64,000 nucleotides of DNA from a virus: positions 64,001 through 128,000 of the IMG/VR virus record IMGVR_UViG_3300002143_000172; one strand, 5' to 3'. The notes below the pieces were generated by a model. It made no database searches, was not told the DNA's origin, and saw only the letters and a list, made by a program, of their open reading frames with translations. A program made the position numbers and the translations under genes. Shown piece after piece: positions 63,863 through 64,000 of this stretch (positions are counted from its first letter, which is position 1; the number at the start of each line of letters is the position of its first letter).

Positions 63863-64000
63863 AAGTTTGTAAAGCTCCTGTTGTTATGGGTGATAATAAA
63901 TTGGTAAGCATCGATCAATTGTGCGATACCGTAGTCTAAGTCGTATAACGGGCGCCAACTCAGATTTTCAATCTTTTCATTTGATACGATGTAATTTCTT
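63859..64000 (-). CDS. NAD-dependent epimerase/dehydratase, C-terminal part
   Basis: Manual translation RNYIVSNEKIENLSWRPLYDLDYGIAQLI... typical of extended-SDR C-termini. Confidence 0.7.
   Translation of the reverse strand, partial: RNYIVSNEKIENLSWRPLYDLDYGIAQLIDAYQFIITHNNRSFTNL

Noticed and set aside
1-64000. Alternative genetic code (stop-codon reassignment)
   Set aside because: Conserved genes are full length in the standard code, and TAA, TAG and TGA all terminate recognisable proteins.
1-64000. Bacterial chromosome origin, given the many host-like genes
   Set aside because: Host-like genes are out of their usual operon context and interspersed with fibre and virion genes and TAAATA late boxes.

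Overview
This 64-kb window comes from a large, AT-rich, gene-dense dsDNA tailed phage (jumbo or T4-like transcription logic, standard genetic code). Most genes are on the minus strand. Host-like genes (TorF-type porin, IscU/IscA/ErpA, IF-1, ClpX, DUF3563-like peptide) suggest a proteobacterial, probably betaproteobacterial, host. Core phage genes include nrdAB, glutaredoxin, ATP-dependent DNA ligase, exonucleases, an HNH nuclease, tail-fibre and other virion proteins, and wall hydrolases. Auxiliary genes cover translation and proteostasis (bS21, IF-1, CspA, tmRNA, ClpX, ClpS, Hsp20), iron and redox (heme oxygenase, ErpA-IscA-IscU, ACP, SOD, peroxiredoxin) and two tailoring-enzyme clusters. Main highlights: (1) a circularly permuted two-piece tmRNA with tag ANDAFFGEVRLAA and a long structured intervening segment, alongside a phage ClpX with intact ssrA-recognition loops; (2) a 340-aa endonuclease-bearing intein inserted directly before an Fe-S-ligand cysteine of IscU; (3) about ten unrelated late proteins sharing an N-terminal MR-x-x-E-(F/L) motif resembling the T4 capsid-targeting sequence; (4) many apparently leaderless mRNAs; (5) a tandem array of small paralogues whose conserved C-terminal LRW codons double as the next gene's Shine-Dalgarno; (6) several duplication-flanked cassettes and unannotated structured RNAs. 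All family assignments are by eye from motifs. No database searches or folding programs were run.
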